From Carcharhinus longimanus (taxonomy: Eukaryota), in NCBI GenBank assembly GCA_030264375.1, contig JASCQW010000032.1, forward strand, positions 50,358,165-50,422,164: DNA of 64,000 nucleotides, read 5' to 3'. Both the position numbers and the translations under genes were made by a program. The notes under the pieces are model-generated. The model made no database searches and was not told where the DNA came from. It worked only from the letters and a program-made list of their open reading frames with translations. Positions within the stretch are counted from its first letter, which is position 1. Each line of letters opens with the position of its first letter. Of this stretch, positions 13,025 through 26,115 are shown one piece after another.

Positions 13025-15534
13025 AAATTGACCTGAATGGACTTCTGATACATGATTCAAATTTTTAAACTGCAGGTTCAGCTTTGAGAGGTGTGGAAAA
13101 ATCCAAGATGGCGGTGCCGTAGGCTGCTTTGCGATGGGTTTTCCCCACACTTGCCAATTCTAGCAGGTTCCTACAGTAGTGGCATTCATGATCTCAACAT
13201 TTAAAATTTTTCTGCAATGGCTGCCTGGATTGACTTGTTAGAGTCTTCCCTGCTTTACAGCACAATATTATCGAGCTTCAAATCTTAGCTTTTGCTGGCT
13301 TTTTAAGCTGCATCTTCAGTCGCAATTATTTTTTAAATATTCTTTTCTTTGATCAAAGTGAGGTCAGCACTATATGTTCAGATGCCATCTCAGAAATCAG
13401 GTTTCTTGGACTGTAATTTAAAATCATGCTACCCTACTATTTCAGAGTAAGAACCTCTGATTTGGAATAAGTTTCCTTTCCCATCCGCAACGAGAATCAT
13501 CACCAGATGGATGGAAAATGGTCCACTGACTTTGGCCAGGATTTTCCAGAAATTCCTGTCCAATCACACAATTTTCCCATCCTGCCCAACACAGGAATCG
13601 TAGGGTGGGGCAGGGGGGGGAGCGAACCTACAAAGATGGGCAGGAATTTCCTGCCTTGGGGGGAGCATGTCTGGAAAAGCCCACTCATGGGTGGAATTTT
13701 ACTATCCCGCTCACCATGGAAATCATAACAGGTGGGACACGGACCATACAAAGGTCTGTTTGACTTCAGGTGGAATCTTCTGGTCTTGGGGCAAATGCGG
13801 CCAGAAAATTGCGCCCTCTGTTTCTGTGCTTACCAGCCACAATGATCAATACAAACATTCAGCACAATGTTTAAGTAGCCTTAAGCTATTTTTACAAGCT
13901 TGTGTGTCATGGCCAAGTTTCGGTATCTCTGTCACTTCCAAACAGGAAATACATCAAAATGAAAATTGCAAGATGACTTCCAGCAACAATAGGAAATGAT
14001 CAGCAAATGTCTTTGTAAAATTCAGAACCTTATAGCAATTGGGAACAATTTATATTAACTTAGAAGTAAGACAATGATTTATAATTACATCTTAGTATAA
14101 TTTAATAAAAAGTTCTGGATATAATACAAAAACCAACAATAGAAATTGGATTATCTCTGTGTGAGAAGTATTAGCTACATGAATACAAAAGTAGAAATTG
14201 TAAATCTGTAATTGACAAACACAATGACCCCACGCCAAGCTGAAAGCAGTTTTTGGCTACAGAACTAATCATGGAGCCAACTGTAATTACTGCTTGGCTC
14301 CACAATTTCTTCCTCTTGTAGAAAGTTTGTTCTCTTATTACATAAATTGGAAACAACAACACAACTTCTCACAACCCTGCGCACTATTAGTAATCAGAAT
14401 GCTATTGTGCTCAGTACTGCAAATCTTGTTCCCGATCAGATATGAGACACATGGCAGTTACATGACTTCTGAAACTGAAAGAGGAAATTGTCTTCAGGAC
14501 CTGAACTTGTTGTTTTGAGGATAATTTCACAAACTTGACTTAATATAAATTTACAAATGGAAGCAAAGTTGCTTTCATGGCATTGGTTTGACTATCTTTG
14601 AAAAGTCACAAATGCTTTCCAAATCTGCACAGCATCACTCATCATTTTCAATGTTTGCCATGAAGTTTATTGCAAAGAGCACCATATTTCTTCTATTAAA
14701 CTTGCACTTTATCCAGCAATAATCTAAATGTGTAGTTGTACTCAAATAACTATAGAATTAGATTAAATTTACATCATTGCCATCTATTCATTTTTGTTCT
14801 TGGCAGTTTCTCATGCACTGACTAAAAAAGCAGCAAGAAACCATGTGCTGACTCCAAGGAGAAAGGTCTACCATAGCTCCTGTTCATCAGGCAGTTGTAA
14901 ATGGAGTGTAGTGGGGCTTTCTCCAGACCGAGGATCCCAGAAGATAACTTTCTGTCTGCCATGAAGTGCCAGCCAATCGGAGGCTGGCAGCTTTTGCACG
15001 CCGCGACTGCTGCTGGAGCAACATGCCCAGGAATCTGGATTCAACCCAGGAGAAAGGTAAGTAGGGCTGTGGGGGAGACAGGAGACATAGGGGTCAGCAG
15101 CAGGTATAAGGGGTTAGCTGTTAGCAGCCACTCACCTTGCCCATTGCTCATGCTCTCAATCATGCATAGATCTGTGCAGATTGAAGGAACAGTTCCACAA
15201 ACCCCATCTCCCCAACCCACTCCAGCTGTCATGCAGCCCACAGTTTTACCAGCTTCATTTCGGCAGGCCCGTCTTGTGCTGGGAACACTGCAGCGAAAAC
15301 AGGAAGAGGCCCTTATGTGATTGTTAATTAGTCACTTAAGAGACACATTGGAGGCGGGACAAGAAGGTCGACCATGGGCCTTCAGGACTAGAATTTACCT
15401 CTATCAGAGGCATTAAGGCATCGAGCATTGGTCCTGATTGTCAACCCACCAAACTCAGGCCAGTCCACCTCCTTCTTTACCTCCTGCAGGAGCAGAAGAT
15501 TCCATTCTCTCCACTGTGAATTATTTTAAAAGAT

Positions 15535-16320
15535 TGCAGAATCGCAGAACTACTGCAACACAGAAGGCCATTCAGCCTAGCATGTCTGTGCTGTGTTTCC
15601 ACATAGTAATTCACCCAATGCCATTCCTCCACCTTCTCTACAAGCCCTGCATGTTCTTCCTTTGCACATAATACTCCAATCCTCTCTTGAATGCCTTAGT
15701 TGACCTGCCTTCACTGTACTTAGGCAGTGCATTCCAGATCCTACCACTTGCTGCGTGAAAAGTTTCTCCTCAGTTTTGCCAATTACCTTACATCTGGGCT
15801 CGATCCTTCCACCAGTGGGAGCAGTTTCTCCCTATCTATTCTGTTCCAGCTTCTCAATTTTGAATGTGCCTTTCAATTTTCCTCTCAGCTGCCTCTTCTC
15901 CCAGGTAAACAGCCTCAACTTCTCCAATCTGTTAATGTAACTGAAGTTTCTCATGCCTGGTTCCATTCTTGTGAATCTTTACTGCACTCTCTCTAACACC
16001 TTCACATCTTTCTAAAGTGTGGCAGCCAGAACTGAATGCAATATTCCAGTTGAACTTGAACCAGTGTTCCGTTTAAGTTTAAAACAACTTACTTGCTTTT
16101 ATACTCTACACATCTATTAATAATGCCTAGGATGCTGCATTATTGACCAGTCTCTCAACCTGTCCTATGGCCTTCAATGATTTATGAACATAGACCACCT
16201 GTGTCCCTCTGCTCCTATATCCCCTTTAGAATTTCACCTTTTATTTTATGATGTCTCCCTGTATTCATCCTATCAAAATTAATTATTTCACACTTATCTG
16301 CATTAAAGTTCATTTGCTAC
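15535..16320 (-). mobile_element. Decayed CR1 LINE 3' part
   Basis: Reverse-complement CR1 features (AGAAGGCCATTCAGCC, GCATTCCAGATCCTACCAC, CCAGAACTGAATGCAATATTCCAG). Similar pieces at ~1-480, 8960-9250, 18640-19415, 37640-38330 and 42690-42765. Confidence 0.75.
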
Positions 16321-17109
16321 TCAATTGAAGGTATCAACTGGAAAATGAAAACTGTTTTATTTCTTTAAAAATATTGGTCAACAATTGAATATGATTTGTT
16401 TGCTAAAGGGATAGAATTAACAAGTAAGTGCCTCCTGGGTCAGAATGTAAAGTTCGCACTGTTCAGCTATTGTGAAGAGTTACAGGCACTGAATATTAAG
16501 AGGGCAGGAAATGCATGTTATTGAAGCCAGTGCCTTGCATCACTCATGTCCTATACATCAACCTGAGGCAGAGTGAGATATCACAGAATTTTGCAATCCT
16601 TAAAACCAGCAATCTGCAGTCACTTAAACCAAGATGTTACAACATATTGGCCCTAAGCTCTGGAAAAATGGTTCTCAATGTCCATGCGCCTCAGTTCTAT
16701 TTGCACTTACTTTTCTTACCAGCTGACTTGCTCTTTTTAAACTTCATAGGCCTAATGATGATGAATAAATCCTGAGCAGAATATCTAGATCTGTTGGTAT
16801 CAACAACTTGAAGTACACACAACTTATTGGGAACGTAGGTTTAATTTTTATATAGGGTTTCCTAGGGCTCTACAGTCCACAGTTCTGTGGTTTATAAAGA
16901 TGAAAACGTATGCACCCTATGAAGAGGAGAGGCTGGCAGTCTGGAATAGGTGTGCATGAGATGGAGTTTGTTTGGTACGCCAAGACATCCTGCTCAAAGA
17001 ACACCAAACCTGGAAAAAGATGGAAACCAGGCTCAGCACTCTCTAAAATATTGTCAGCACATTGAAACAAATGTAAAGAAAATACAACTTATATTTATAT
17101 TGCAGAGTG

Positions 17110-18380
17110 ATGAGATGGCTTTTGTGGTGCAACTGATTAAACTTGTTCTTTTGGTTGCTGCTGGAGCTGAGGAGGAGCAGGAGAAAGAATTGCGGAGACC
17201 GGAGGCCCGGGCCTTACCACTTGCAGGAGTCAAGAGTAATGACCACCAATGGTCACCATTCATCCAGAGGGGGTGCGCAAGAGAAGGAGGGAGCAGAGAC
17301 CTCAGCAGGTCTGTGCACAAGTGCCATTTGAACAGATGTTGGACACCATGTGCTGCCGATGGCTCCGCCTCCAAAAGGAGGAGTGTGCCACCTATTGCAA
17401 AACCTGGCATCTCGGGGCAGAAGTGGGGCACCCATTTTCAGTGGCTGTCTAGTTGATGGCCGCTCTGAACTGTTTTGCAACTGGCTCCTTCCAGACCCCT
17501 AGCGGAGATGTATGTGGCATTTCCCAATCGGCTGTGCACACCTGTGTCAAACAGGTCACAGAAGCCCTGTATGTCTGGGCTAGGCAGTACATGTGGAACT
17601 GAGACACGACAGATCAGCCACGATCTTATTGAATGGCGGGGCAGGCTCGAGGGGCTAGATGGCCTCCTCCTGCTCCTATTTCTTATGTTCTTATGTACAT
17701 CAAAGTTAACCTGGACCAGGCCCAACAGGAAGACCAGGGTTCACAGCCATTGACTAATGTACATGGGGACTGCATCCCTTTGCCCTCAAGGCCCCACTGC
17801 AGAATCCATGAAGATTCACAGAAAGGGGTTCCACTCCCTGAATGTCCAACTGGTGTGTGACCATAATATGAACATTATGCACGTCTTTGCAAGACACGCA
17901 GGCAGCGTGCATGACAGCTTCATTGCTAGGAGCTCTGATATGCCAAAAGCATTTGAGGAGGAGCCCAGGCTGCGGGTGTAGGCCATGGATGAAATGCATT
18001 ACCTGCTTCGGACATGGCTGATGCCGCCTGTACGGAGACAGGTAACTGAGGTAGAGACTCACTAAAATGAGGCTCATGTAGCCACCTGCCCAATAGTCTA
18101 GAGGTGCACCGGCCTGGACCGCTTTGGCAAGGCCCTCCAATACAGCCCTGTGATGTCTTCCCGCAAGGAGACATCTGAGGTTGGTGTGCTGTGCCCTGCA
18201 CAGTCTTGCACAGCACACAGGTGACCTTTTGGAGGAGGAGGACACGGAGGCCACCCAGCAAGAGGAAGAGCAAGAAGAGAAGGAGCATGCCAAACAACAC
18301 CACTCAGGCGCTGCAGGCTGGCAGCTCAAATGAGGCATGTAAGGGCGGCTAGAGAGGCCCCGATCACCAGGCGGTTCAGT
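17110..18380 (+). mobile_element. Degenerate PIF/Harbinger (HARBI1-like DDE) transposase
   Basis: Broken frames give ALNCFATGSFQTPSGDVCGISQSAVHTCVKQVTEALY, RKGFHSLNVQLVCDHNMNIMHVFARHAGSVHDSFI, YLLRTWLMPP and LDRFGKALQYSP, followed by an acidic tail. Contains stops, frameshifts and a retroelement insertion. Confidence 0.9.
17593..17694 (+). mobile_element. 5'-truncated CR1-type LINE 3' tail inserted in the Harbinger transposase
   Basis: GATCAGCCACGATCTTATTGAATGGCGGGGCAGGCTCGAGGGGCTAGATGGCCTCCTCCTGCTCCTATTTCTTATGTTCTTATG, flanked by GTACAT direct repeats (17587-17592, 17695-17700). Confidence 0.85.
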
Positions 18381-19873
18381 CTATAGGGATCTGTGTCTGT
18401 AGGTTTCATTTCCCACCTCCTCCCCACCCCCAAATTCCTTCAATCTCCTGCAACATCACCACACCAGAGTGGTGGGCCTGGGTACTTTGTGTTAGTGAGT
18501 TTTTTGGCAGGCAGGAGAGTGATGACAACTCACTAAGCACCATTTTGATGATGCCCTGGTGCAAACTAATCTGATTCCTATCTGAGCTCCGCATGTTCAC
18601 TGGCACCTGGCCCATGTCTGTGACACACATCACCCACACAACACTCATCAAAGAACTCAATCAAGTCAGTCAAGTCCAATTTTCTTCAACAAATCCCTGT
18701 TGACTCTCACTTTTTAGCCCACAAATTCCAATTAATTTTGCTCCAGATTATTATTTCTAAAAGTTCCCCCAAAACAACATTATGTTGACTAGCCTGTATT
18801 TTGTTAAACTGGGGTGTGACATTTACAATCCTCAGCACATGCTACCCCATAACTGAAAATGATTAGAAGATTGTAACAAGTTCCTCTGCAATTTCAACCA
18901 TCACTTCCTTCAGTAAGTAGCCGAGGATGCATTCCATCTGGACAAATGATCTTTCTACTGTAAAGAATGCCAGCCGTATATACACCTCCTCTTCGTCTAG
19001 TTCCATTCTATCCAATATTGCTACAACTTCCTCAGGTGGATGTAGCTGTTACTAGGGGGCATAACTATAAGGTTCATGGTGGGAGATATAGGAGGGATGT
19101 CCAANNNNNNNNNNNNNNNNNNNNNNNNNNNNNNNNNNNNNNNNNNNNNNNNNNNNNNNNNNNNNNNNNNNNNNNNNNNNNNNNNNNNNNNNNNNNNNNN
19201 NNNNNNNNNNNNNNNNNNNNNNNNNNNNNNNNNNNNNNNNNNNNNNNNNNNNNNNNNNNNNNNNNNNNNNNNNNNNNNNNNNNNNNNNNNNNNNNNNNNN
19301 NNNNNNNNNNNNNNNNNNNNNNNNNNNNNAGCTTGATCTTGGGATTGGGCATAGCTCAGCACAACATTGAGGGCCGAAGGGCCTGTACTGTGCTGTAATG
19401 TTCTATGTTTCTATGTAACTTCATCCCATACAGTTGCATTGGCAGCATCCTCATCTTCTGCCAAGCAATGTCTTGATCTTATCTCATTCTCATCTTGTTT
19501 TCAATATAGCATCACTTTGGCTGTAATTTCTTCCAGCTCTGCAAGCCTCCTAGATATCTGCACTCAGTTGCCACTTGAACAATTTCAAAACAAATGCCAG
19601 ATTCCATTTCCGTCCCATCCCAATTTATCTGCATGAGAACCTCGGAGGCCATTGCTGACCCCACTTTTACCCTTGTGCGATCTCATTTGTCCTTTGACGG
19701 GATATTCATCCACATCATTGATGTTTATTTGTGCTGATGCCATCCTGAGCCATTTTCTTGGCTGTTTTCAGTGTCAGTTTATCTTTGCTTTCTATTGCCT
19801 GTCAGTTTAAGCATTGACAACACAACTATTGCAACAGGTATTGGGCTACAGTAATATTAGTAATAGTCCATAT

Positions 19874-21031
19874 GGGGGTGAACTCCACGCCAGAGCTGAT
19901 TATCACATGGAAATTCCATTTCAATATGATTAGTGGGCCTGGAACCAAATTCTCCAGGTCCGCTAGCGTCTTACCCCCACTCCAGCCAGGAGTTGTTCCC
20001 TCCAACGGGGATTACTGCTACTCCCCACTAACAGGGAACGGATGGCCTGACATCGATGGAGGGAAATAAGGCCATTGAGGCCCCCCAAGAGGTCAAGGGT
20101 AAGGTGCCCTTTGAGCAGTGCAGCCTGACAATGATAACCTGGCACCCTGGCACTGCCCAAGGGTCAAACTGGCACTGCCCAAGGGTCACATTGGCACTGC
20201 CCATTGGACATCAGACAGTGGGTGGAGCCAGAGGGAGCAGGATCTGCAGGGGACAGGATCTATTGGGGGGTGATCATGGACGGGGACTGCCACTCTGCAA
20301 ACGGATCGGTGGGGGAGGCAGGGAATGAGGGCGATCAGGGCTGTCCATCCAAGTGGAGATGGGGGTGCAGGGCTGCGAGGGGTGACAGGACTGNNNNNNN
20401 NNNNNNNNNNNNNNNNNNNNNNNNNNNNNNNNNNNNNNNNNNNNNNNNNNNNNNNNNNNNNNNNNNNNNNNNNNNNNNNNNNNNNNNNNNNNNGTGCAGG
20501 GCTGCGAGGGGTGACAGGACTGCCGGTGGGTGTTGGGACTTGTCATTGGGATCGGTGGGGTGGGGGGGGGGGGGGTGGTGAGGGGATGGTGCGGGTGGAG
20601 TTGGGACTTTCCAGGTGGAAGCCAGGGAGATAGGGGCTGAATGGGGGGGAAGGGGTGCAGGGGCAGTCGGGGGGACATGGGACAGGCCCAGGGAGGTCTG
20701 GGAGACCATCGATCAGAGGATGGTGGGATCAGTAGGCCAGCAGTGGAGAGGTGCGAGGTTGGCCAGCAATCTGGAGGCCGGCAATGGGGCAGGCCAGTGC
20801 CTATGCGCTGATCTCCACTCTGACAGATCAGAGCATGCACAGTGGCCCGCTCAACGCTATGCTGAGGAATAGGCCCTGACCTCAGAATGCCAGAGTGAAT
20901 CCCACCAGATCACTCAGCCCTGCTCAGAGTGCCAGAGATTCATTCTGGAAGTCACACTTAAAAAAATGACAGGGTTTACTCCCATTTTCCCGCACATTGG
21001 GAACTTTGAATTTTTTTTGGAAAATCCAGCC
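19874..21031. mobile_element. GC-rich non-autonomous DNA transposon (Harbinger-like)
   Basis: Internal TGGCACTGCCC repeats; ends GGGG.../GGAAAATCCAGCC; flanked by TAT/TAT 3-bp duplication. Confidence 0.6.
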
Positions 21032-21743
21032 TATATGTCTGACTTGGCAGGAACAAAGACATTTGTTGAACATAATTAGGAAAACTTAGAAAAACTGAGT
21101 GGGCCGCATTTTAAGAGGAAACGGACCTGTGAGGGATATTATAGAGGCAAAATGTCGGGAAAAAGTGAAAGAAGAAAGAAAATATCAATTTTGGATGTCT
21201 TGAGAATTCAAGGATGTTTTTCACAGATGAAAGAATGACACAGGATAGGGAAATATGAAAAGACAATGATGAGCCAAGGACCTGCCTCAGAACAGGGCGT
21301 ACATGATGATGATGATGATGGCGGCGATCTATTCCCCTCACTCCCAGTTAATTCTAGACCAATCGACCAATCTGACAACCCTGCAAATCACAACTTCCCA
21401 ATTCTGCGGCACACCTTTTGCCTGCTTGCACCTTAAAATACTTCTTTTACTGCTCCTTCTTGGCCACCATCTTTAATTGTTTTCCGGCTACTTCTGGGCA
21501 GGTAGCCACAAGCTCTGTGACACCACACCTGGTAAAAGTGCATAGAGGTGAGAACACATGGACAGCCCAAAGAGTTTTTCTGCCAAATTCACAGGCTCCT
21601 ACCTCCCCAGCATCCATATCTAATTCAAAAGTGCTTGGAAAATTCCAGCCAAGGTTCCTGTTTCCCTATACCAGCGATTTCCTTAAATTTCTCTGCAGGC
21701 TACCATCCATTCTTTTCTCAAATTTGTCAAAAGCCTTTTTGAT

Positions 21744-22024
21744 GGCATGGTGGCACAGCGGTTAGCATTGCTGCCTCACAGTGCCATGGACCCAGGTTCA
21801 ATTCCTGGCTTGAGTCGCTATCTGTGTGGAGTTTGCACATTCTCCCCATGGGTTTCCATGGGTGCTCCGGTTTCCTCCTACAGTCTGAAAGACCTGAATT
21901 GGCCATGCTAAATTTCCCCTCAGTGTACCCAGACAGATACCAGAGTTTGGCAACTAGGGGATTTTCACGATTACTGCATTGTAATGTCAATTTAAGCCTA
22001 CTTGTGACACTAATAAATAAATAA
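21744..22024 (+). mobile_element. V-SINE with HE1-like head and an alternative 3' tail
   Basis: Same tRNA head and V-domain as HE1, then CCCTCAGTGTACCC...CTAGGGGATTTTCAC...AAGCCTACTTGTGACACTAATAAATAAA. Confidence 0.82.
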
Positions 22025-25000
22025 ATATTCAGAAAACATCTTCAGGATAATGTATTTTTCAGATTTGTCATTTTGGAAGTATGTTGAAAATGTATTTGAT
22101 CTTCTCTTTTTACTTGATACAATTTTCTATTGTATATTCTGATTTACCTTATACAATTCATATTATGATTTTCTAGCAATCAATTTACAGTGATTATGTT
22201 GCAATCATTAATTGATCGACTTTGGGCAACATATGTCAATGGCACAAACTGTATCGTCTGTCAATACTCATCATATCAGCAAGAATTTTATTGCAAAACT
22301 AAAATGGAATTCTCCCTCAACATATATACTATAATAATAACTGCCCTGGAATGAAGTTAATCTATAATCTTTCAGTTTAGGTGCTGTTTAGAATTACCTA
22401 TGTTCCTTTTTGACTGTTTATGATTTAAGCTCAATCTTTTAATAAGATTATTGCCCAATATTCTCCATTCTGCCTATTTCATAGTTAATAGATTAAAAAA
22501 TTAATCAAACTTTTTTTAATGTAATATGTTACATTAACTTTCACCATCAGAAGGATGTATTTAACTGTGTTTACAGGTTGAGAGGGATGGCCGTTACTCC
22601 TAAAGCAAGTAAGAATAACAGAAATTCTGTTATTCCCTACGCACCCAAAACTCTTTGTGCAAACCTCTCGATCTCTCGGTGCTTAATGTTTAATAAATAG
22701 GCCTATATAACTGAGGATACGGGTTGGAATTGTTGTCAGATTACAATCTTAAAAGGACTTCATAGAGAAAACCCTTTCATACACCCTAATTGCCTGATGA
22801 ATGGCTAGTTACTGACAAAAGTTAGGGTTGGCATGTGACTTCTTAAACTTAAAATATTTCTCTACTTGCAGAACAAAGTAGCAGATAGTAAGAGGAGGCA
22901 GATGCGAACTGGGCAAGTGGCCAGAAATGACATACTCTTGATTCCTCTGAAGAGACTAACCTAGACATTTCTGTCTATAAGAGCACTGGGGGAGTAGACA
23001 AAGGTGAATCTGAAGACAAACTCACTGTAAGTGTTATCTGGCTCCTGTTGATCTTCCTTATTTACTGATACAGGAAAAAGAATAGGAGGAAGTTTGATGT
23101 CTGGGCGACTACTTAAATGCCTCCAGTGACCCTCCATACTTTGGGAAATGAGAAGTATGGCAAAATTAACCATCTGTAATGTAGGTGTTCCATTCTGAAG
23201 GAAAAGTGCTGCAAATGCTATCCATTGTCAACAATGCATCACTCCATTAACTTGTGTCTAGATGGAAAATTAGCTGTTACAACAAATCACTTGTGTGCCT
23301 GCAAGGAGGTGAGGACTGGAAAGTTGAATGGCAAATGACCTTGACTACATTGGCAGTGCCATCCGTGGCAGAGATTGGCAACATGTATGTTTGCAGCAGC
23401 AAACTCAGCTTTTCAATTGTCGTACTGAAATAGAGCCTGCAGAGGCAGTTTCACTCAGTCCTTGCTCTGTGTCGGTGTCTTCCACTAGTCTTCAGATCCC
23501 CTGGCATGGCTTCATGACTTCTTTATCATCTTTCATGAAATTGGTTGAGGGGCACTTTACCTTGTGCAATTGTGCAAGAAAATTGACAACGTAATTCAAA
23601 GAGTTCCTTTCCTGACTGTTAATAAACCTCGCTACCTTTAACCCCATTTTTAATGGTTAGATTTGTCCTGGGTGGGAAATGAAGGGGTGCATTACTGTAT
23701 CCTCATTTGAAGTGAACACTGATGTCTGATAAAGCTCTGGCAAGCAATCTGGCAGAAACCGAGCTGCAGAAAGCTGCATGGTCTGCAAAACAAGTGAGTT
23801 TCCGAACTTAATATTTATGTCTTCTTGCTGAAGAAATCGTGTTCACCTCCTGGAATTCATACCCAAATTGCATTGCTTCAAGATAATTTAAATAAAACTG
23901 TTGCCGTTTCACAACACATTTGAGCACAATTCTTTTGCTTTCAATTAAGCTTGCAAGTTTTTTTACTATTCTGAAAGAATATGCGTATTAAATATTTTAC
24001 TAGCTTCAGTGTATGCGTGTAATTGCACCATTGAGCTTTTCAATATTCAACAAGAATTAACCACCCTTTGCAAGACAAAGAGGTGTCCTGAAAGATACAT
24101 CTCACTTCCATTGAAAATTAATAGTAAATTAGTAGTTACATAAGCAAATCACTAAGGTAATTACAAGAATTGTTCAACTAAAGCAATAATGAGCATGAAG
24201 GTGTGTATTATTAATGGCTGTTACATATTGGGATGTCACAGTGTTTGATAAAGTGCGACTGCTACAATCCTACATATGTGCATAACAAACAGACCTATTA
24301 ACACAGGCATTGTTAGCTTTCTAAAACTGATGGGCCTTACACTGCAAGTTTTTTTTAAACAGTATGAAGATAGAGATGTATAATTGGTCAAGACGAAAGG
24401 TAGCGTGAAAACCTCCTTGTAGCGAAGCAATTGCAATTCTTATTTCTTACAACAAGTTACATTTATATTTTATCCTTAATGTAGCTTCACAAGTTAGAGC
24501 CAAGAGAGCAAAAGGAATTGAGTGGTGGATGGGAGACAGTGTTGGGGGGATAAGGGCAAACAAAAACACAGTCAAAAAGGTACATTTTAAAATAACTTTT
24601 GAAACAGAGTGGGTGTAAAACAAGGTGAGGTATTTGGGAAAACAGCCCTGGGATGTGGAAGTAAGGGGTTTGAAAGTTCTGCTACTGGTAATAGAGCAAA
24701 GGGAATGGAAAAGTGTTGTGATTAGAGATACTCAGGTTTGAAACTGATACACTTAGAAGTGGAAGCCAAGGAAAGTAGAATGATTATAGGTGATAGATGA
24801 GTACAGATTTGAGTAAAATTCGACGTTGCTGACAGTTAGAAAAACAAGTTAAAAAGCATGTTCAAAACGTTGAACTTGAAAATGCCAAAGGCATGTTATG
24901 AGAGTCACAGTGGCAAAGGGATTGAGGTAGTTTTGGAGATGGATGATGTTTTTGTCTTGCCAGCACTCAGCTTCATGAAGTTTCTCAGGTCAGGTATACA

Positions 25001-25029
25001 ATTAAACAGCATCATTTTTGAGCCAAACA

Positions 25030-26115
25030 GAGATAGATCTGAATATTATTTAAATAGAGAAAAGTTAGGAACAGTGGAGATCCAAAGAGATTTAGAGATC
25101 CATGTAAACAGATTATTGAAATGTAGCACTCAGATACAAAAAAAATTCAAAGAGTTAACGTTTGCCTTTATTTCTAGGGGAGGTGATGGCCTAATGATAT
25201 TATTGCTAGAATGTTAATCCAGAAACTCAGCTAATACTCTGGGGACCTGGGTTCAAATCGTGCCACAGCAAATGGTGGAATTTGAATTCAATAAATAAAA
25301 AGCTGGAATTAAGAATCTACTGAATCTGCATGAAACCATTGTCAATTGTCAGAAAAATCGATCTGGTTCACTAATGTCCTTTAAGAAAGGAAATCTGCCG
25401 TTCCTACCTGGTCTGCCAGGCATGTGTCTCCAGAGCCTCAGCAAAGTGGCTGACTCTTAACTGCCCTCTGAACAAAAGTAATTAGGGATGGGCAAAAAAT
25501 GCTGGGCCAGTGAAGCCACGTCCCATGAAGAATAAAAAAAATTCTAGAGGGTTAGAATGTAAAGAAGAAATGTTTCGCCGCATCTATTCAAAATGCTGCT
25601 TAGATCACATCTGGCTTACTGTGTACAATTCTGACACTGCACCTGAGAAAGAATATACTGACTTTGGAAGGTGTGCAACTCAGATTCACTAGAATATTAC
25701 CATGGGCTAGGTGATGAGGAGAGATTATATAAAATAGACTTAATTGTACTCACTGAAATAAAAGAGATTGAGGGGTGATTTCAATTGAGAATTTTGAAAG
25801 GGATTCATAAGGCATAGAGAGAGGAACATATTCTGCTGATGGAGAGGTGTCAGACAAGAAGACTTCAAACTCTGAACCATGCCATTCAGAAGAGAATTTA
25901 GGAAATAATTCTCTTCTTTCCTAAGAGAGAGTGTGGAACTCTCTCCTACCAGAACAGTAGAAGCTAGCTAAATTAATAATTCTAGATCTAAAATCTAAAG
26001 ATGTTTGCAAAGAAGAGATGTGGAGCCAAGACAAGCAAATGGAGCTCAGGTACAAATCCACATGATCTCATTGAATGGCAGAACAGGCTCAAGGAGCTGA
26101 GTACCCCTTTCTTAT
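25030..26115 (+). mobile_element. Decayed CR1 LINE 3' part (host of the 25.2 kb SINE)
   Basis: YYLNREKLGTVEIQRDLEIHV; GATTGAGGGGTGATTT; tail ATGATCTCATTGAATGGCAGAACAGGCTCAAGG. Confidence 0.75.
25178..25541 (+). mobile_element. tRNA-derived SINE with a LINE-derived tail, nested in a CR1 fragment
   Basis: GGGAGGTGATGGCCTAATG head, GGGTTCAAATC B box, tail TTAGGGATGGGCAAAAAATGCTGG...CCCATGAAGAATAAAAAAA; TTCTAG repeated at both ends (25172, 25542). Confidence 0.8.

Noticed and set aside
13105-13114. YY1-type motif AAGATGGCGG suggesting a promoter
   Set aside because: Isolated in repeat-rich DNA with no CpG island; more likely a retroelement 5' fragment.
20364-20523. Repeat GTGCAGGGCTGCGAGGGGTGACAGGACTG flanking a 100-N gap
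   Set aside because: Either a collapsed minisatellite within a transposon or a contig-end overlap; it cannot be resolved from this sequence.
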